Shown here: piece by piece, positions 49,385 through 63,325 of the stretch | Position numbering within the stretch: position 1 is the stretch's first letter | Layout: each line of letters starts with the position of its first letter | Assembly (NCBI RefSeq): GCF_963921235.1 | Contig: NC_086097.1 | Location: forward strand, 59,584,001 to 59,648,000 | Reading direction: 5' to 3' | Length of the DNA stretch: 64,000 nt | Origin: Mobula hypostoma | Lineage: Eukaryota | Translations under genes and position numbers: made by a program | The notes under the pieces: model-generated | The model's input: the letters and a program-made list of their open reading frames with translations, nothing else | Database searches by the model: none | Told to the model about the DNA's origin: nothing

Positions 49385-50559
49385 GTATTGTGTGCAGTTT
49401 TGGACTCCTTATTTTAGAAAGGATATACTGACATTGGAGAGAGTTCAGAGAAGATTCTCGAGAATGATTCCAGGAATGAAAGTGTTACCATATGAGGGAC
49501 TTCTGGCAGCTCTTGGGCTGTATTCCCTGGAGTTCAGGAGAATGAGGGGGATCTCATAGAAACATTCCGAGTGTTAAAAGGCATGAACAGATTAGATATG
49601 GCAAAGTTATCTCCCATGGTAGGGGATTCTAGGACAAGATGGCATGACTTCAGGATTGAAGGATGTCCATTTGGAACTGAGATGCAGAGAAATTACTTTA
49701 GTCAGAGGGTGGTAAATCTGTGGAATTTGTTGCCACGAGTGGCTGTGGAGGCCAAGTCATTGGGTGTAGTTAAGGCAGAGATAGATAGGTTCTTGATTAG
49801 CCAGGGCATCAAAGGGTATGGGGTGAAGACAGGTAAGTAGGAATGACCGGAAGAATTAGATCAGCCCATGATTGAATGGTAGAGCAGACTCGAAGACCGA
49901 ATGGCCTACTTCTGCTCCTTTATCTTATGGTATTATGGTCTTATCAAAAGAAATCATATTTTACTATAAAAACAAGCCTGACCCAGTTTTAGAGTCAGAA
50001 TACCACAAATTACATTAGATCCAGTATTACAGATAGAGCAATCCATAATAACCCTCCAGATATAATAATACAGGATAAACATGCTGAATTAAAAGAGAAA
50101 ATTGAAAGACTTTGGAACATGAACAGGGTATACTTTGTCCCGATGGTATTATCTACAACTGGTATCTTCCCAAAGGCACTACACAATAGCATTAAACAAT
50201 TCAGGCTACAGAGCAATATCTATGTAAATCTCCAGAAAGGCTCAATACTAAACACCACTAAAATAGTCCAAAAGTTCCTAGCAATTGAAAAATGACTGTG
50301 TTTGGCTATGCCCATACATCAGGTTTTACCAGGTCGAGCTGAAAAAAATACAACAATAATAATAATAATAGTAATAATAGAATTAATCCCACTTAAAGCC
50401 AAAGGGCGTTGAAATGGATTGTGTGGAGGGCAAATGAAAGTTGGAACAAATTTCCCATCCAGGCGTGGCAGGTCAGCTACTGAAACTTTTCAGGGGACTG
50501 CAGATGTTGGTTTTAACTGGCATTCAATTTTTAAATGCTAATAATCAGGTTTCCCTGAG

Positions 50560-52450
50560 TCAAAGAGTCTTTCAGCACAGAAACATGCCCTTCAGCCCAT
50601 CCAGTCCATGCCGAAGTATTTAAACTGCTTACTCCCATCGAGCTGCACAAGCGCCATAGCACCGATACCTTTCCCATCTTTGTAGCTATCCATACTTCTC
50701 TTATACATTGAAATCACGCTCACATGCATCAATTCCACTGGCAGCTCGTTCCGCACTCTCGTGACCCTCTGAGTGAAGAAGTTTTCCTTCATGTTCCCCT
50801 TAAATTTTTCACCTTTCATCCTTAACCCATGACCACCAGTTGTAGTCCCACTCATCCTCAATAGAAATAATCTTCTTGCATTTACCCTGTCTATACCCCT
50901 CATAGTTTTGTGTACCTCTCCTCAATCTTCTAGATTCCAAGGAATAAAGTTTCAAAGTTCCAAAGTTACAAAACTTTGCAATTACACTTATGATCAAAGT
51001 ATGTATACATTACATAATTTTGAGATTCATCTCCTAACAAGCAGACACAAAGCAAAGAAGCCTGAAAGAACCCACATATATTTTTTAAAAAGTCTGTCGA
51101 CCAGCAAATATACAGAGAATAAAAACACATTATGCCCATCAAAAAAGAACACATTAAAACAAAGACAATCGAATACCCAGTGCAGAGAGAGAAAAGATAA
51201 TCATGCAAACAATAACATAAGCCAGTAGCAATCTAAACTGAAATCCACAAAGAGAGTCTTACGGTTCAACATAGTACAGTGCAGAGCCAAGTCGTGTAAC
51301 AGCGAGCTGACCTGACCCATTCTTCACCTCAGGCCCCAACACCCTGACCTTTTCAATGTGGCCTGGCACCTGAATCTCCATCCAAACATCAAGTACACTC
51401 GCCTCGATACGCTTTGGGTCCTGGACACTGCTGCCTCAATTTAGCCAGTAAACGACCTCTCCAATTTGGCCCTGCATTTAAGTCTTCATCCAAACAGTTC
51501 AGTTGCCTTAATATGCCCTAGCCTATTCAATCTTTCCTTAGAACTCAGGTCCTCCGTCCCGGCAACATCCTTGTAAATTTTCTCATACTCTATAAACTTT
51601 ATTTACATCTTTCCTGTACATAGTTGACCAAAACTGCACACAATACTCAAAATTAGGCCTCACTAACATCTTACACAATTTTAACATAACGTCACATATC
51701 CTGTTCTTAATACTTTGATTTATGAAAGCCAATGTGCCAAAAGCTTTCTTTATGACCCTATCTACCTTGACACCATTTAAAGTGAATTATTAACCTGTGT
51801 TCTCAGACCCCTTTCTTCTACAGCACTCCACAGTGCCTTACCATTCACTGTGTAAAACCTACTGAAATGCAACACCTTGCACTTGTCTACATTAAGTTCT
51901 ATCTGCCATTTCCAGCCCATTTTTCCAGCTGGTCAAGATCCTGCTGCAGGCTCTGATAGTGTTCCTCGCTGTCCAGTAGGCCTCTATTCCTGGTGTCATC
52001 CAATAATTAGCTGATCCAGTTCACCACATTATTATCCGGATCTTTGTTGTAGATGACAAACAACCATAGACTCAGCACCGATCCCTGTGGCACTTCACTA
52101 GTCACAGGTCTCCAGTCAGAGAGGCAACTATCTACTACCACTGGCTTCTCCCGCAAAGCCAAAGTCTAACCCAATTTACTACCTCATCTAGAATGCCAAG
52201 TGACTGAAGCTACTTGACAAACCTCTCATGCAGGACCTTGTCAAGTGTCTTGCTAAAGTCCATGTAAACAACATCCACTGCCTTGCCCTCATCAACTTTC
52301 CTGGAGTCTTCTTCGAAAAAGTATATAAGCTGAGTTAGGCACAACTTACCACACAGGAAGCCATGCTGACTATCCCAAATCTGTCCACGTCTATCCAAAT
52401 GCTCATATATCCGATCCCTTAGAATACCTTCTAATAACTTTCGCTAGTGT
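50560..52450 (-). mobile_element. CR1 3' fragment with a Rex1-tailed insertion at about 50951-51520
   Basis: ORFs MRGIDRVNA...GHGLR...FFTQRV and SQHGF...VDVVYMDFSK. The insert starts with the minus-strand tail TTCAAAGTTCCAAAG. Confidence 0.8.
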
Positions 52451-53194
52451 TGGAAAATGTAACAGTTCAGAGAAGGAGAGAAGGACTGGTATTATACATC
52501 TATATTTCAATGCCAGAGAAAATGAAGGAGTAGGATCATTTCTTTTCACAAACCCAACAAAACTACCCTGTGATCCCATTCTCACTGCTGCACATCCTTG
52601 TCTTTGTTGCAGCCATGCAATGCCTATGTCTCATTCCCATCATGTTCCGTTCAGTATCCCAGATTGATTAGCATTACCAGCACTATGCTCTGCCACCAAC
52701 TCTCATGACCTCACTTCCCCACCCCACCCTTCCTATATCTGTTTCTAGGACCAGATCACTGTGCCATGGTTCACCAACTTGAATGAGAAGCTAAGCCTGT
52801 TATTGTTGATTTGTAGAGAGGGAATCTGAAAAATGGATGCATGCACAGCCCGAGATTAAGCTCCATATAACACTGCTATCCAGATCTCCTGTGCAAACCA
52901 CCCCTACCCCCAAGCCTCATCTGCAAGTCTGTCCCAATGATTATTGGGGCACATGTAATGCTTTTCTTGGCATTATAATCTAAACAAGGATTTTCTTCAT
53001 ATTCAACAAACCTTTTTGGAATGACAGTGTTAATGTCATTTTTCAACCAATACTGTTTTTCTTGTTTTGTAATTTTTGGGGGCAACCCAGAGCATCCTTA
53101 AAATACTTACACCTCAAAATCTCAAACCTCAGCTGTTGAAAACTTACGTAAATCTTTGGCCATTTTTGGAGAACAGAGATTGTTTTGTTTTTGA

Positions 53195-54265
53195 ATTTTA
53201 ATCTGGTCAAATGTGAGGTGTTGCTCTTTGGAAGATCAAATGTAAAGGGACAATACTTGGCAACGTTCTTAACAGTGTGGATGTACAGAAGGATGTTGGA
53301 GACCAAGTATGTAGCTTCCTGAAAATGACTGTATAGGTTGATAGGATAGTAAAGAAGGCATATAGCATGATTAGTCATTGAATTAAGGTTAAGAGTTTGG
53401 AAATTAGGTTACAATTTTATAAAACTCCGGTTAGGCGTACCTGGAATATTGCGTTTATTTCTGTTTGCTCCATTATGAGAAGGATGTGGAGACGTTGGAG
53501 AGGATGCAGAAGAGGTTTACCAGGATGCTATACCAGATTAGAGGGCATCAGCTGTGATGACAGGTTGGGTTGTCTGGAGCAGTGGAGGGTTAGAGGAGGC
53601 CTGTGACATTTATAAGATTAGGAGAGGCACAGCTGGAGAGAAGGTCAGTTTCTTTTTCTCTCCAGAGTCAAAAGAACTAAAACTAGAGGGCATGCTTTTC
53701 ACTTGAGCAGGTATAAGGAAGCCAGGCAGGGCAAAGATATGAGTTGAGTAGGGCAAATTTTTGAAAACAGGTTTGTGGGTGCTCAGAATGCTTTGCCAGG
53801 GTGGTAATGGGGGCATGTATGATAGAAGAGTTTAAAAGGCTCTTAGATAAGCATCTGAATACTCTGGGAATGGAAGGATATAGACGTTGTTTAGGCAGAA
53901 GGGATTAGTGCAATTATTTAGTTACTAGTTTAACTTGTTTGACATAACACGGTAGGCCAAAAGGCCTACCTTGTGCTGTACTGTTCCATGTTCTGGAGGG
54001 CATAGATTTAAGATGAGAAGGGAGAAGTTTAAAGGGAATGCACAGGCCAAGTTCCTTTACACAAATGTAGCAGGTGCCTAAGTTATGCTGCCAGGGGTGG
54101 TAGTGGAAGCAGTTATGATAGTAATATTGAAGAGGCTTAAAAATAGGCACATGAGAAAGGGGAGATTATATAGGTAAAAGGCAGTTGTTTGATTTGGCAT
54201 AATGCTTGGCACAAACATTTTGAGTCTAAAGACCTGATCTTGCATTGTACTGCTCCATGTTCTAA
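53195..54265 (+). mobile_element. Decayed CR1 3' fragments (two tandem 3' ends)
   Basis: LQFYKTPVR...ERMQKRFT-like residues. Tails GTACTGTTCCATGTTCT near 53985 and GTACTGCTCCATGTTCT near 54255. Confidence 0.65.
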
Positions 54266-54624
54266 TAGTGTATAAAAGAAGACAACAGAACAGTCATATA
54301 TGAAAGGCAATTAATAAGAACAGAGGAGGAATTTATAATAGGCAGCATTTCTAAGTCAAAATGACCCCTATGGTGTGCAACAATGACAGCTCTGTTATCC
54401 GGACAACATTGTAAGTGTGTGATGTGGTTTCACTCAAATGTCAACAAATAGGGAGGGAGTGTTAGGATTCTGGGGCATGTTTCTTTTTCCTAAAGCTGAA
54501 AAGGTTAACGAGTGACTTAATTGACATCTGCAAGATTTTGAATGTCTATGCTGCAGTAAAATATGATGGATTATTTTCACTGATGTAGAAGACGACAGTT
54601 AATGAGAGTTCACCAACATGATTG

Positions 54625-54770
54625 TCATTAAAATAAACATGAGAATATCTGAAGATGTTGGAAATCCATAGAAACACACATAAGATAGTGGGAGAACTCA
54701 GCAGGCCAGGCAGCATCTATGGGAAAAGAGAGAGTAAACAGTCGACATTTCGGGCCATGACCCTTCGTCA
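54625..54770 (-). mobile_element. Penelope pseudo-LTR fragment with truncated hammerhead
   Basis: GAACTCAGCAGGCCAGGCAGCATCT...AGTCGACATTTCGGGCCATGACCCTTCGTCA. Confidence 0.7.
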
Positions 54771-56319
54771 TTAAAATAATTATGTAGGTTAGAATTCTTT
54801 TTCGGAGAGGAAAATTAGAAAGTGGAATTTTCTAAACTGCTGTTGAAAATCAAAAAAGCCTTTTAAACAGCCACTAAATGTTTTTTTCTTGAATAAATGA
54901 ATATGAAAGTAAGTGTGAAGTGAGCGGGAAAACGTGTATGAATTAAATTGCTGATAGAGAAGAGGTATCAACGTTGGATTAAATTTTCTGCCTCTAAGCA
55001 GGAAATTTCAGTGGTAAGGTGATCCTGATGCCCCTTTTAAATGAATGCACATTCTCTATGTAACTTCACAGAACAGTGTTACTATCGATCTTACTTCTAA
55101 ATTGTGACTATCTATGGCTCAGTATTGCAATATGATGAATGTGTACAATTTTGCTTTCCTTTCACAGCAACTTCTGTAATTGGCTTAGTCAGATATATCA
55201 GAAGGTGAATTAAACATCATTTTTTTTGCTAAAATCAGATTTAGGAAAAGGTCAGGCCATTAGTGCCACCTGTGACACCTTCTATGTGATTCTGTTGAGA
55301 AAGCGGTCTGACATTAGAGCAAGTTTGACCTACTACAACGTTCAAAAGCAGAAAATGTCACCTAATACAAAGATGCAGCTGGAGGTGGCATGCCATCAAT
55401 GTGAGGGAAGTTACTGATATAATTGAGCTCTCAAGAGGAGGTGGCTTGACTTTGTTCATGCTTAAGGCACCATTGATTTGTACATGCAATTTAATAGCAT
55501 AGAAGTTTAGTTGGATTGTTTGTTTAGCAGATTCTAGAGTCCCCCTGCCAGTTGCCAGGCATTTGTTTTATTTTTAGGAACAGAGTGTTTAAGATAAATG
55601 TCTTAATGTCAACTATTATACAATGTTTGGTTGTTTCCTAAGGTCTGTGGAACATTTTTGTTTAAATAAAGGACATCAAAGACGTTGAATGGAGCTTTTT
55701 TAAAGATGCCATTATAAAAGTTGTGTGGAAATTTGAGCAGAGTTTCTCCTGAAAATTGCAATTACTGTGGACCCAAAACTCCAGGAAATTAGGAGATGTG
55801 TTTCTTATGCCGAAGCCCTTTCCAAATCAAGGATAGCTCCAATCATTTTATTAAAACCAAAACTGAAAATAATTTTCAGAATTAACAATGTGCTTGATTT
55901 TCGGCGAAGAAGATGACCAGGCCCGATGTAATACCTGAGATGGTTATAGGTCAGAAAATGATTGAAAGATAAGACAGGACGTCATTTTATGTATCAGAAA
56001 AAAAGGCATAATTTGAATTTAAGAGAAAGGTGTCAATTTTATTGTAATTTTCTTTGAGTTACACCAGTAAAAGTTAAAGTAATAAACTAAAAGGTATAAG
56101 CTTCCTAAAAAAATCAAGTTTAGGATTAAATTTCACCATTTGATTGTAATATAGGTTGCTAAGTTTTAACTGCCAGTTTATTTAATGCATTCTATGTCCA
56201 GTTGAAGACCAGTATTGTAAGTGACAAGCTGAACTACAATTAAATTTGGTCTGCACATTTTAAAGGCAATGTCATTGTGTTGTTGATGGTAAGGCTGGAA
56301 GTGATTTTGTTCTGAAGTT

Positions 56320-57085
56320 ATGGCACAATACGAAATACTGTGGGATGTGAGTGGTCATGCACTTGGTAGAAGGAATAAAGGCATAGACTATTTTCTAAAT
56401 GGGGAGCAAATTCAGGAATCAGAGGTGGAAAAGGACTGGGAGTCCTAGTGTAGGATTTCCTAAAGGTTTGATTTGTAGTAAAGAAGGCAAAAGCAATGTT
56501 AGCCTTTATTTCATGAGGACTACAATATAAAAGCAAGGATGTAACATTGAGGCTTTATAAGACATTGGTCATACGACATTGGGAATATCTAAGAAAGGAT
56601 GTGCTGGTATTGAGAAGGTCCAGAGGAAGTTTACAAGAACAAATCCTGGAATGACAGGGTTAATGTATGATGAGAACTTGATGGCTGTGAACCTGTACTC
56701 ACTAAGTTTAAAAGAATATCAAAAGACCTAGATAGAGTGGACATGGAGAAGATGATTCCAATAGTGTGAGAATCTAGGATCAGAGGCACAGCCTCAGAAT
56801 ACAAGGATATCCTTTTAGAACAGAGGTGAGGAGGAATTTATTTAGGTAGAGGCTGGTGAATCTGAGGAATTCATTGCCAGAGATAGCTGTGGAGGCCAAG
56901 AAATTGGGTATATTTAAAACAGGAGATGATATGTTCTTAATTACTGAGGGTGTTCAGGGCTATGGGGAAAAGGCAAGAGAATAGATTTGAGAAGGAAAAT
57001 AAGACAGCCATAATTGAATGGAGGAACATACCTGATGGGTCAGATGGTCTAATTCTGGTCCTATGTCTTGTGGTCTTATAGGTCT
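56320..57085 (+). mobile_element. CR1 3' fragment
   Basis: Collinear with 62500-63325. (TCTTATGG)-type tail. Confidence 0.8.
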
Positions 57086-57089
57086 TCCA

Positions 57090-57470
57090 AATTCCCCACC
57101 TTCCAGGCCACGCTCTCTGCTCACTTCTTCCATCAGGAGGAAGGTACAGGAGCCTCAGGACCCACATCACCAAGTTCAGGAACAGTTATTATCCCTCAAC
57201 CATCAGGCTCTTGAACCAGAGGGGTTAACTTCACTTGCCCCCATCTCTGAACTGTTCCCACAACATATGGATTCACTTTCAAGGACTCTTCATCTCATGT
57301 TCTCGAAATTTATTGCTTATTTATTATTAGTAGTATTATTTCTTTTTTGTATTGCAACGATTGTTGTCTTTTGTGTTTCTTGTATTTATTGTGAATGTAT
57401 GCAAGAATCTCAGCATTGTATATGGTGACATATATGTACTTTGATAATAAATGTACTTAGAACTTTGAAA
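57090..57470 (+). mobile_element. Rex1/Babar 3' end
   Basis: HALCSLLPSGGRYRSL...FRNSYYPSTIRLLN. Tail TTTGATAATAAATGTACTTAGAACTTTGAA. Confidence 0.75.
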
Positions 57471-58911
57471 TTCCTTATACACATAGCAATGCTGTAAGTC
57501 TTGTAGTGACATGGAGTATGTTACACAGATTGCTGTCTGTTCAATCAAGCTAGTACATCATTGAAACTCTGACATGCTTCCTTCTTTCTTAAAGAACAGG
57601 GTTGCTACAGTGGCAACAGACCAGAGGGAGTTACGTGCACCAACAAACATTCAGGAATGCACTATAAAGTAGAAAATACATAGTGGAGTATATTCTAAGA
57701 ATTTACGATTTCCCCAATAGACCCTTCAGCCTCTCAGGACCCATAATGGTAGGTTAGAACTAAGTTAAGCTAAACCTCAAGCTGTTTTCAACAAATTACA
57801 TGAGATTGTTGCTTGAAGAGAAAAGGAAAAGAGAATTAACATGGATAAAGAGATAAACTTGGGGATGGATGCTGCTGAAGACCTACTGACTGTGAGAATA
57901 GATGTGATGGAGTAAACTAGAGATACAGAGTGATGGGTCCAAGATGTTGATGAATAGACAAATGTGTTCACCTTGCTTGCCCTATCCTGCATTAAGTTAC
58001 TTCCTACCTAGAAAGGGGCTCTGAATTCCAACTGTGCATCTAGTCCGCTATTTTCAGCTTTGATCAAAATGTTTTCTTCTTCCCGTTTCTGTGGGAACAT
58101 CTGTTTTACCTTCTCCTCTCTAACATCACTAAATCCGGATGGTGCCTTTACACTTTGGGTAGTCATCCTGAACATCCATTGATTCCTGCCAGCTACTAGG
58201 GCTACATTGTCTTTTTCAGCAGATTTGACATCTTGTCATATGAGTGGGCATCACACCTGCTGAGTAACTACACATATGCATCCTGGAAATCGAGGTGAAA
58301 TTGCTTCACTTTCATCTGCTGACAAGGTTTCTCCTAACAATCCTGCTCCTATCATCATCCACCATTGCCTCCGACATGTGCCACCACCCCACCCCCCACC
58401 ATGTCTGAAGATTGACATCAGGACCACAATGTTATATTGTTTGTTATAGTGGTGAACATTGCATTTAATATCTACTTTCTCTACTTTTGAGATAATTGCA
58501 AGTCATAGATTATTATGTCAAAATAGTTAATACTTAATCATTCTGCTTTTCATTGGGGCTCGAAAACTATTATTCCAAGCTGATTAGTTGGAACTTCAGA
58601 AATCAGAAAGTATACCCAAGAGCAAGGAGTATCTTTCTCATTCAAGAATGCTGTTAAGGAAAAGATTGTTGGTATTTCCCCCTTCAATGGAAAATACCAA
58701 GCACTAACTTCAGAACTATTGTCCAGATATAATGTCCAGCTTTGAGTAAAATCATTAGCGTTAAAACATAGAAATAGGAGATACTCAAGAACCAAGAAAG
58801 ATTTGCTGAATCTTGCCTCTATCTGCATGTGGAAGATATGTTGTGCAGCTATTTCTTCCTTACTCAGATATCAGAAACAATTGGTAATCTGTAAAATCTC
58901 CACAGCCCTAC

Positions 58912-59800
58912 ATCAGATTTAGGATCAGGTTTATTATGGTGAGATACTGTATGTTGTTTTGTGGTAGCAGTACAGTACAAGGCCATAAAAATGATAGAAA
59001 TTACAGAAAGTAAACTAATTGTGCAAAAGGGAAATAACAAAGTAGTGTTCATGGATTCATGGTCCATTCAAAAATCTGAAGGTAGAGGAGAAGAAACTGT
59101 TCTTAAAATGTTGAGCGTGGGTCTTCAAGTTCCTGTACCTCTTCTCCAATGATAATCAGAAGAAGCTGAGTCCTGGGACACTGTCTTTTAAAGATGTCCT
59201 TGATGGTGTGTAGCATTGCACCCATAATGGTGCTGGTTAAGCGTACAACACTGTGCAGCCTCTTTCTATCCAACTCATTGAAGGCGACATACCAGGTAAT
59301 GATATAACCAGTAAAAATGCTCTCCACCATGCATCTATAAAAAACTGCTGGAGTCCTTGGTGACATAGCAGATCTCATTAAGCTCCTAATGAGATTAGAG
59401 TATAGCTGATAATTTGCATTGCTTGTGATTGAATCAATATGTTGGGCCTAGTATAAATCCTCTGAGATGTTGATGCCCAGCAAGTAGTAGCTGCTCACTC
59501 TTTCCACTGCTAACCCTTCAATGAGGTTTGATGTGTGTTATCCTGACTTCCTCTTCCCTAAGTCCTCAATCAAATCCTTGGTCTTGCTGACGCTGTGTGG
59601 AAGATTGTTGTTATGACAACATTCCATCATCCGTTCTATCTCAATGTATCCCTCTTTGTTGCCAGCTGAGATTCTGCCAACATCAGTGTCGTCACCATCA
59701 ACTTATAGGTAGTGTCTGGGCTGTGCCAAACCACACAATCATGAGCATAGAAAGAGTAGAGCAGTGGGCTAAGCATACATCCTTGAGGTGCACCCTTGTA
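58912..59800 (-). mobile_element. Rex1/Babar 3' fragment, decayed
   Basis: GAPQGCMLSPLLYSFYAHDC and FYRCMVESIFTGYIITWY. Minus-strand tail AATAAACCTGATCC. Confidence 0.8.
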
Positions 59801-60639
59801 ATTTATCGCACACAGTTCATGTAATGAGCGTGAGTCATATGTTTTTGAATTCTGATAAAGAGGGATTAGGACTAATTCCAAATTTTTATTTTTATTTTCA
59901 CAAACATTTTCCTGGGATTTATTTTATTTAGGATGCTGAAAGGACTGTTTTGTATTTCAACAAAGTATACTTGGCGATAAGATAGAAGGATGAGGGCTAA
60001 ACTGGTTGCTTTATTGAATTTGATAGCAGGTCATGATCCTCAATTACTTTGGACTAATATCTTCATTGCTTGTGGAAAAAGATTTTTAAATAAATTTAAA
60101 AATTATATCATTGACCTTGAATATTCTAGATCTCCCGTTCTTAATTTACAGTCCACAACTTGAAGTCTTGTATCATTGAATGGACCATTATAGATATTTT
60201 TCAACTTGCATTTCCTTTTGGAAATGAAAATCAGGATATATATACATTGTGTTGTTGAATCACTGTCACCTTCTTTATATCTGAGACCAAAATTGATGTT
60301 GAGTAGTTGTACTCCCATGTCAGCATTAAGCTCCTGCACAGTAATAGAAGTCTGGCCATTACTTAGGTAAATTTAGATGCATTCAGCAGATGACTGTCAA
60401 CCAATCTGCTATAGTACTGGCATCTTTTAGTGTAAAAAGGGAAATAGACCATTAGGGAGGAAATATAGCAAGATGATTAGTAGTCCATGCAAGTAAGGAA
60501 ACATAATAGCAATATTAATGAAGTATCTCTTGAAAACAACATTTGGATTGGTAGATATTAAAAATGATCACCTTTGAGGACAATTACAGGTTTCTGAAAG
60601 TAAATGCAGATTACTTGGTTAGATAATTTGAACCATGGT

Positions 60640-63325
60640 ATTTTATAAATAAGAGAAGGAGCAGGTAAATCAAATCTTTAGAAAGAAGTGACACAGAGTT
60701 GAATGGTCTTGAATCATTGCTGATAGATCTAAGGAATTGCAAGGGTAAAAAGACCTTGATGGGATTTGTACACAGAACCCAAACAGTAGTAAGGATGTAG
60801 TCTACAAATTTCAATGGAGATGGAAAATGCATGCCAAAAGGGTAATGTTGCAATAGCCATGGAGGATTTCAATATGCAGGTAGATTGGGAAAATCAGGTT
60901 GTTGCTGGATTTCAGGAGGGGAATCCTCAAGAGTGCCTTTCAGATGTCTTCATAGAGCAGCTAGTGATTGAACTCACTAGGGGATCCGCTATTCTGGATT
61001 GTGCATCATGCAATGAACCAGAATTGATTAGAAAACTTAAGGTAAAGAACCCTTAAGGGTAAGTTATCATAATATGATCGAATTCACACTCAAATTTGAG
61101 AAGGAGAAGCTAAAGCAGATGTACCAGTATTGCAGTACATTAAAGAGAGGAGTTGGCCAGAATTGTTTGGAAAAGAACACTGCAGGGATGATGGCAGAGC
61201 AGCAATGGCTGGAATTGCTGGAAATAATTAGAAAGGCACAGGATATATACAGCCAAAAGAGGATGAAGTATTCTAAAAGAAAAATAACACAACAGTGACT
61301 AACAAGAAAAGTCAAAACCAGCATAAAAGCCAAAGGGGGGGGGGGGATATAATAGAGCAAACATTAGTGGGAAGTTAGAGGATTGGAAAACTTTTAAAAC
61401 CCAACAAAAGGCAACTAAAAAGTCATTAAGAAGGTGAAGGTGGAATATGAAAGTAAGCTAGCCAATAGTATTAAAGAGAATACCAAAAGTTTTTTCAGAT
61501 ACATTAAGTGTAAAAGAGAGGCAGGAGTGGATATTAGACCACTGAAAAATGATGCTGAAGAGGTAGTAATGGGGGACAATGAAATGGAAGACGAACTGAA
61601 TAAGTATTTTGCATCAGTCTTCACAGTAGAAGACACCAGCAGGATGGTGGAAGTTCCAGGTATCAGATGTCATGAAGTGTGTGGAATTACCATAACTAGA
61701 GAGCAGGTTCTTGGTAAACTGAAAGGTATGAAGGTAGATGTCACCTGGACCAGATGATGTACACCCCAGGGTTCTGAAAGAGGTCGCTGATGGGATTGTG
61801 GAGGCATTAGTAATGATCTTACAGAATTGCTAGATTCTGGAATGGTTCCAGAAGACTGGAAAATTACAAATGTCAGTCCACTCTTTAAGAAGTGAGAGAG
61901 GCAGAAAAAAGGAAACTATAGGCCAAGTAGCTTGACCTCAGTGGTTGAGAAGATGTTGGAGTCAATTATTAAGGATTAGGTCTCAATGTACTTGGAGGCA
62001 CATGATAAAAATAGGCCATGGTAAGCATAGCTTCCTCAAAGGAAAATCTTGCTTGACAAATCTGTTGGAATTCTTTGAAGAAATACCAAGCAGGATAGAC
62101 AAAGGAGAATTGGTTGATGTTGTGTAATTGGATTTTCACAAGGCCTTTGACGAGGTGCCACACATGAGGCTGCTTGACAAACTATGAACCCATGGCATTA
62201 CAGGAAAGATTCTGGAATGAATAAAGCAGTAGCTGATTGGCAGGAGGCAAAGAGTGGGAATAAAGAGAGCCTTTTCTGGCTGTCTGACATTGACTAATGG
62301 TTTTCCAAAGGGGTCTGTGTTGGGACTGATTCTTTTTACATTATATGTCAATGATTTGGATGATAGAATTGATAGCTTTGTTGCAAAATTTGCAGAAAAT
62401 ATGAAGATAGCTGGAGGGGCAGATAAGCTTGAGGAAATAGAAAGGCTACACAAGGACTTAGACAGTTTAGGAGAATGGGCAAAGAAATGGCAGATAGAAT
62501 ACAGTGTTGGGAAATGTATGGCCATCCATTTTGGTTGAAGAAATGAAAGGTTGAATATTTTCTAACTGAAGAGAAAATGCAAAGAAAAAAAATGAGGTAC
62601 AAAAGAACTTGGGAGTCCTTGTCCAGGATTCCCTAAAGGTTAATTTGCAGGTTGAGTCTGTGGTGAGGAAGGCAAATGCAATGTTAGCATTCAATTCAAG
62701 AGGGCTAGAAAATAATAGCAAGGATGTAATGTTGACATTTTATAAAGTACTGGTGAGGCCTCACTGGGAGTATTATGAGCAGTTTTGAACCCCTTATCTT
62801 AGAAAGGATGTGCTGAATTTGGAGAGGGTTCAAAGGAGGTTTATGAAAATTATTCCAGGATTGAATGACTTTTCATATGAAGAGCATGTGATGGCTCTTG
62901 GCCTGTATTCACTGGAATTCAAAAGAATGAAGGGTGACCTCATTGAAACCTGTGGAATGGTGAGAGGCCTTGAGAGAGTGTATGTGGGGAGGATGTTTTC
63001 TATGGTGGGAAAGTCTAAGACCCAGAGGACACAGCCTCATAATAGAGGGGCATCCTTTTAGAATGGAGATATGGAGGAATTTCTTGAGACAGAGAGTGGT
63101 GAATCTGTGGAATTCTTTGCCACAGGAAGCTGTGGAGGCCAGGTCATTATGTATATATTCAGTCAAAAGTTGGTAGATTCTTAATTGGTCATGGCAGAAA
63201 AGGATATGGGAAGAAAACAGGGGTTTGGGTCTGAGAGGGAAAATAGATCAGCCATGATGAAATGGTAGAACAGACTCAATAGGCAAAATGGCCTAATTGT
63301 GTTCCTATATCTTATGGTCTTATAA
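60640..63325 (+). mobile_element. CR1 LINE, 5'-truncated ORF2 (endonuclease plus RT), decayed
   Basis: MEDFNM, AILD, YESKLA..IK.N.KSFF.Y, ELNKYFASVFT, KSCLTNLLEFFE, KFAEN and LERVQRRF. TCTTATGGTCTTAT tail. Confidence 0.9.

Larger units (their letters stand above)
48228..49943 (+). mobile_element. CR1 3' fragment (48228-48455 plus 49385-49943), split by Penelope
   Basis: QRDLGVLV...LYKALVRPHLE joins to YCVQFW.PY.RKDILTLERVQRRF. (TCTTATGG)n tail. Confidence 0.9.
47966..50352 (+). mobile_element. R4/Dong-like RLE-type non-LTR retrotransposon 3' fragment (47966-48227 plus 49944-50352), split by CR1
   Basis: DKCKKCQGKPETIQHI zinc knuckle, RHNQVA, then KPDPVLE, ITDRAIHNNPPDIIIQDK and LQK..ILNTTKIVQKFL. 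TAA repeats on both flanks. Confidence 0.8.

Noticed and set aside
58550..58828. 92-aa ORF in unique sequence (also 60103-60339 and 9607-9903)
   Set aside because: No recognisable domain or splice support, and the lengths are within chance expectation.
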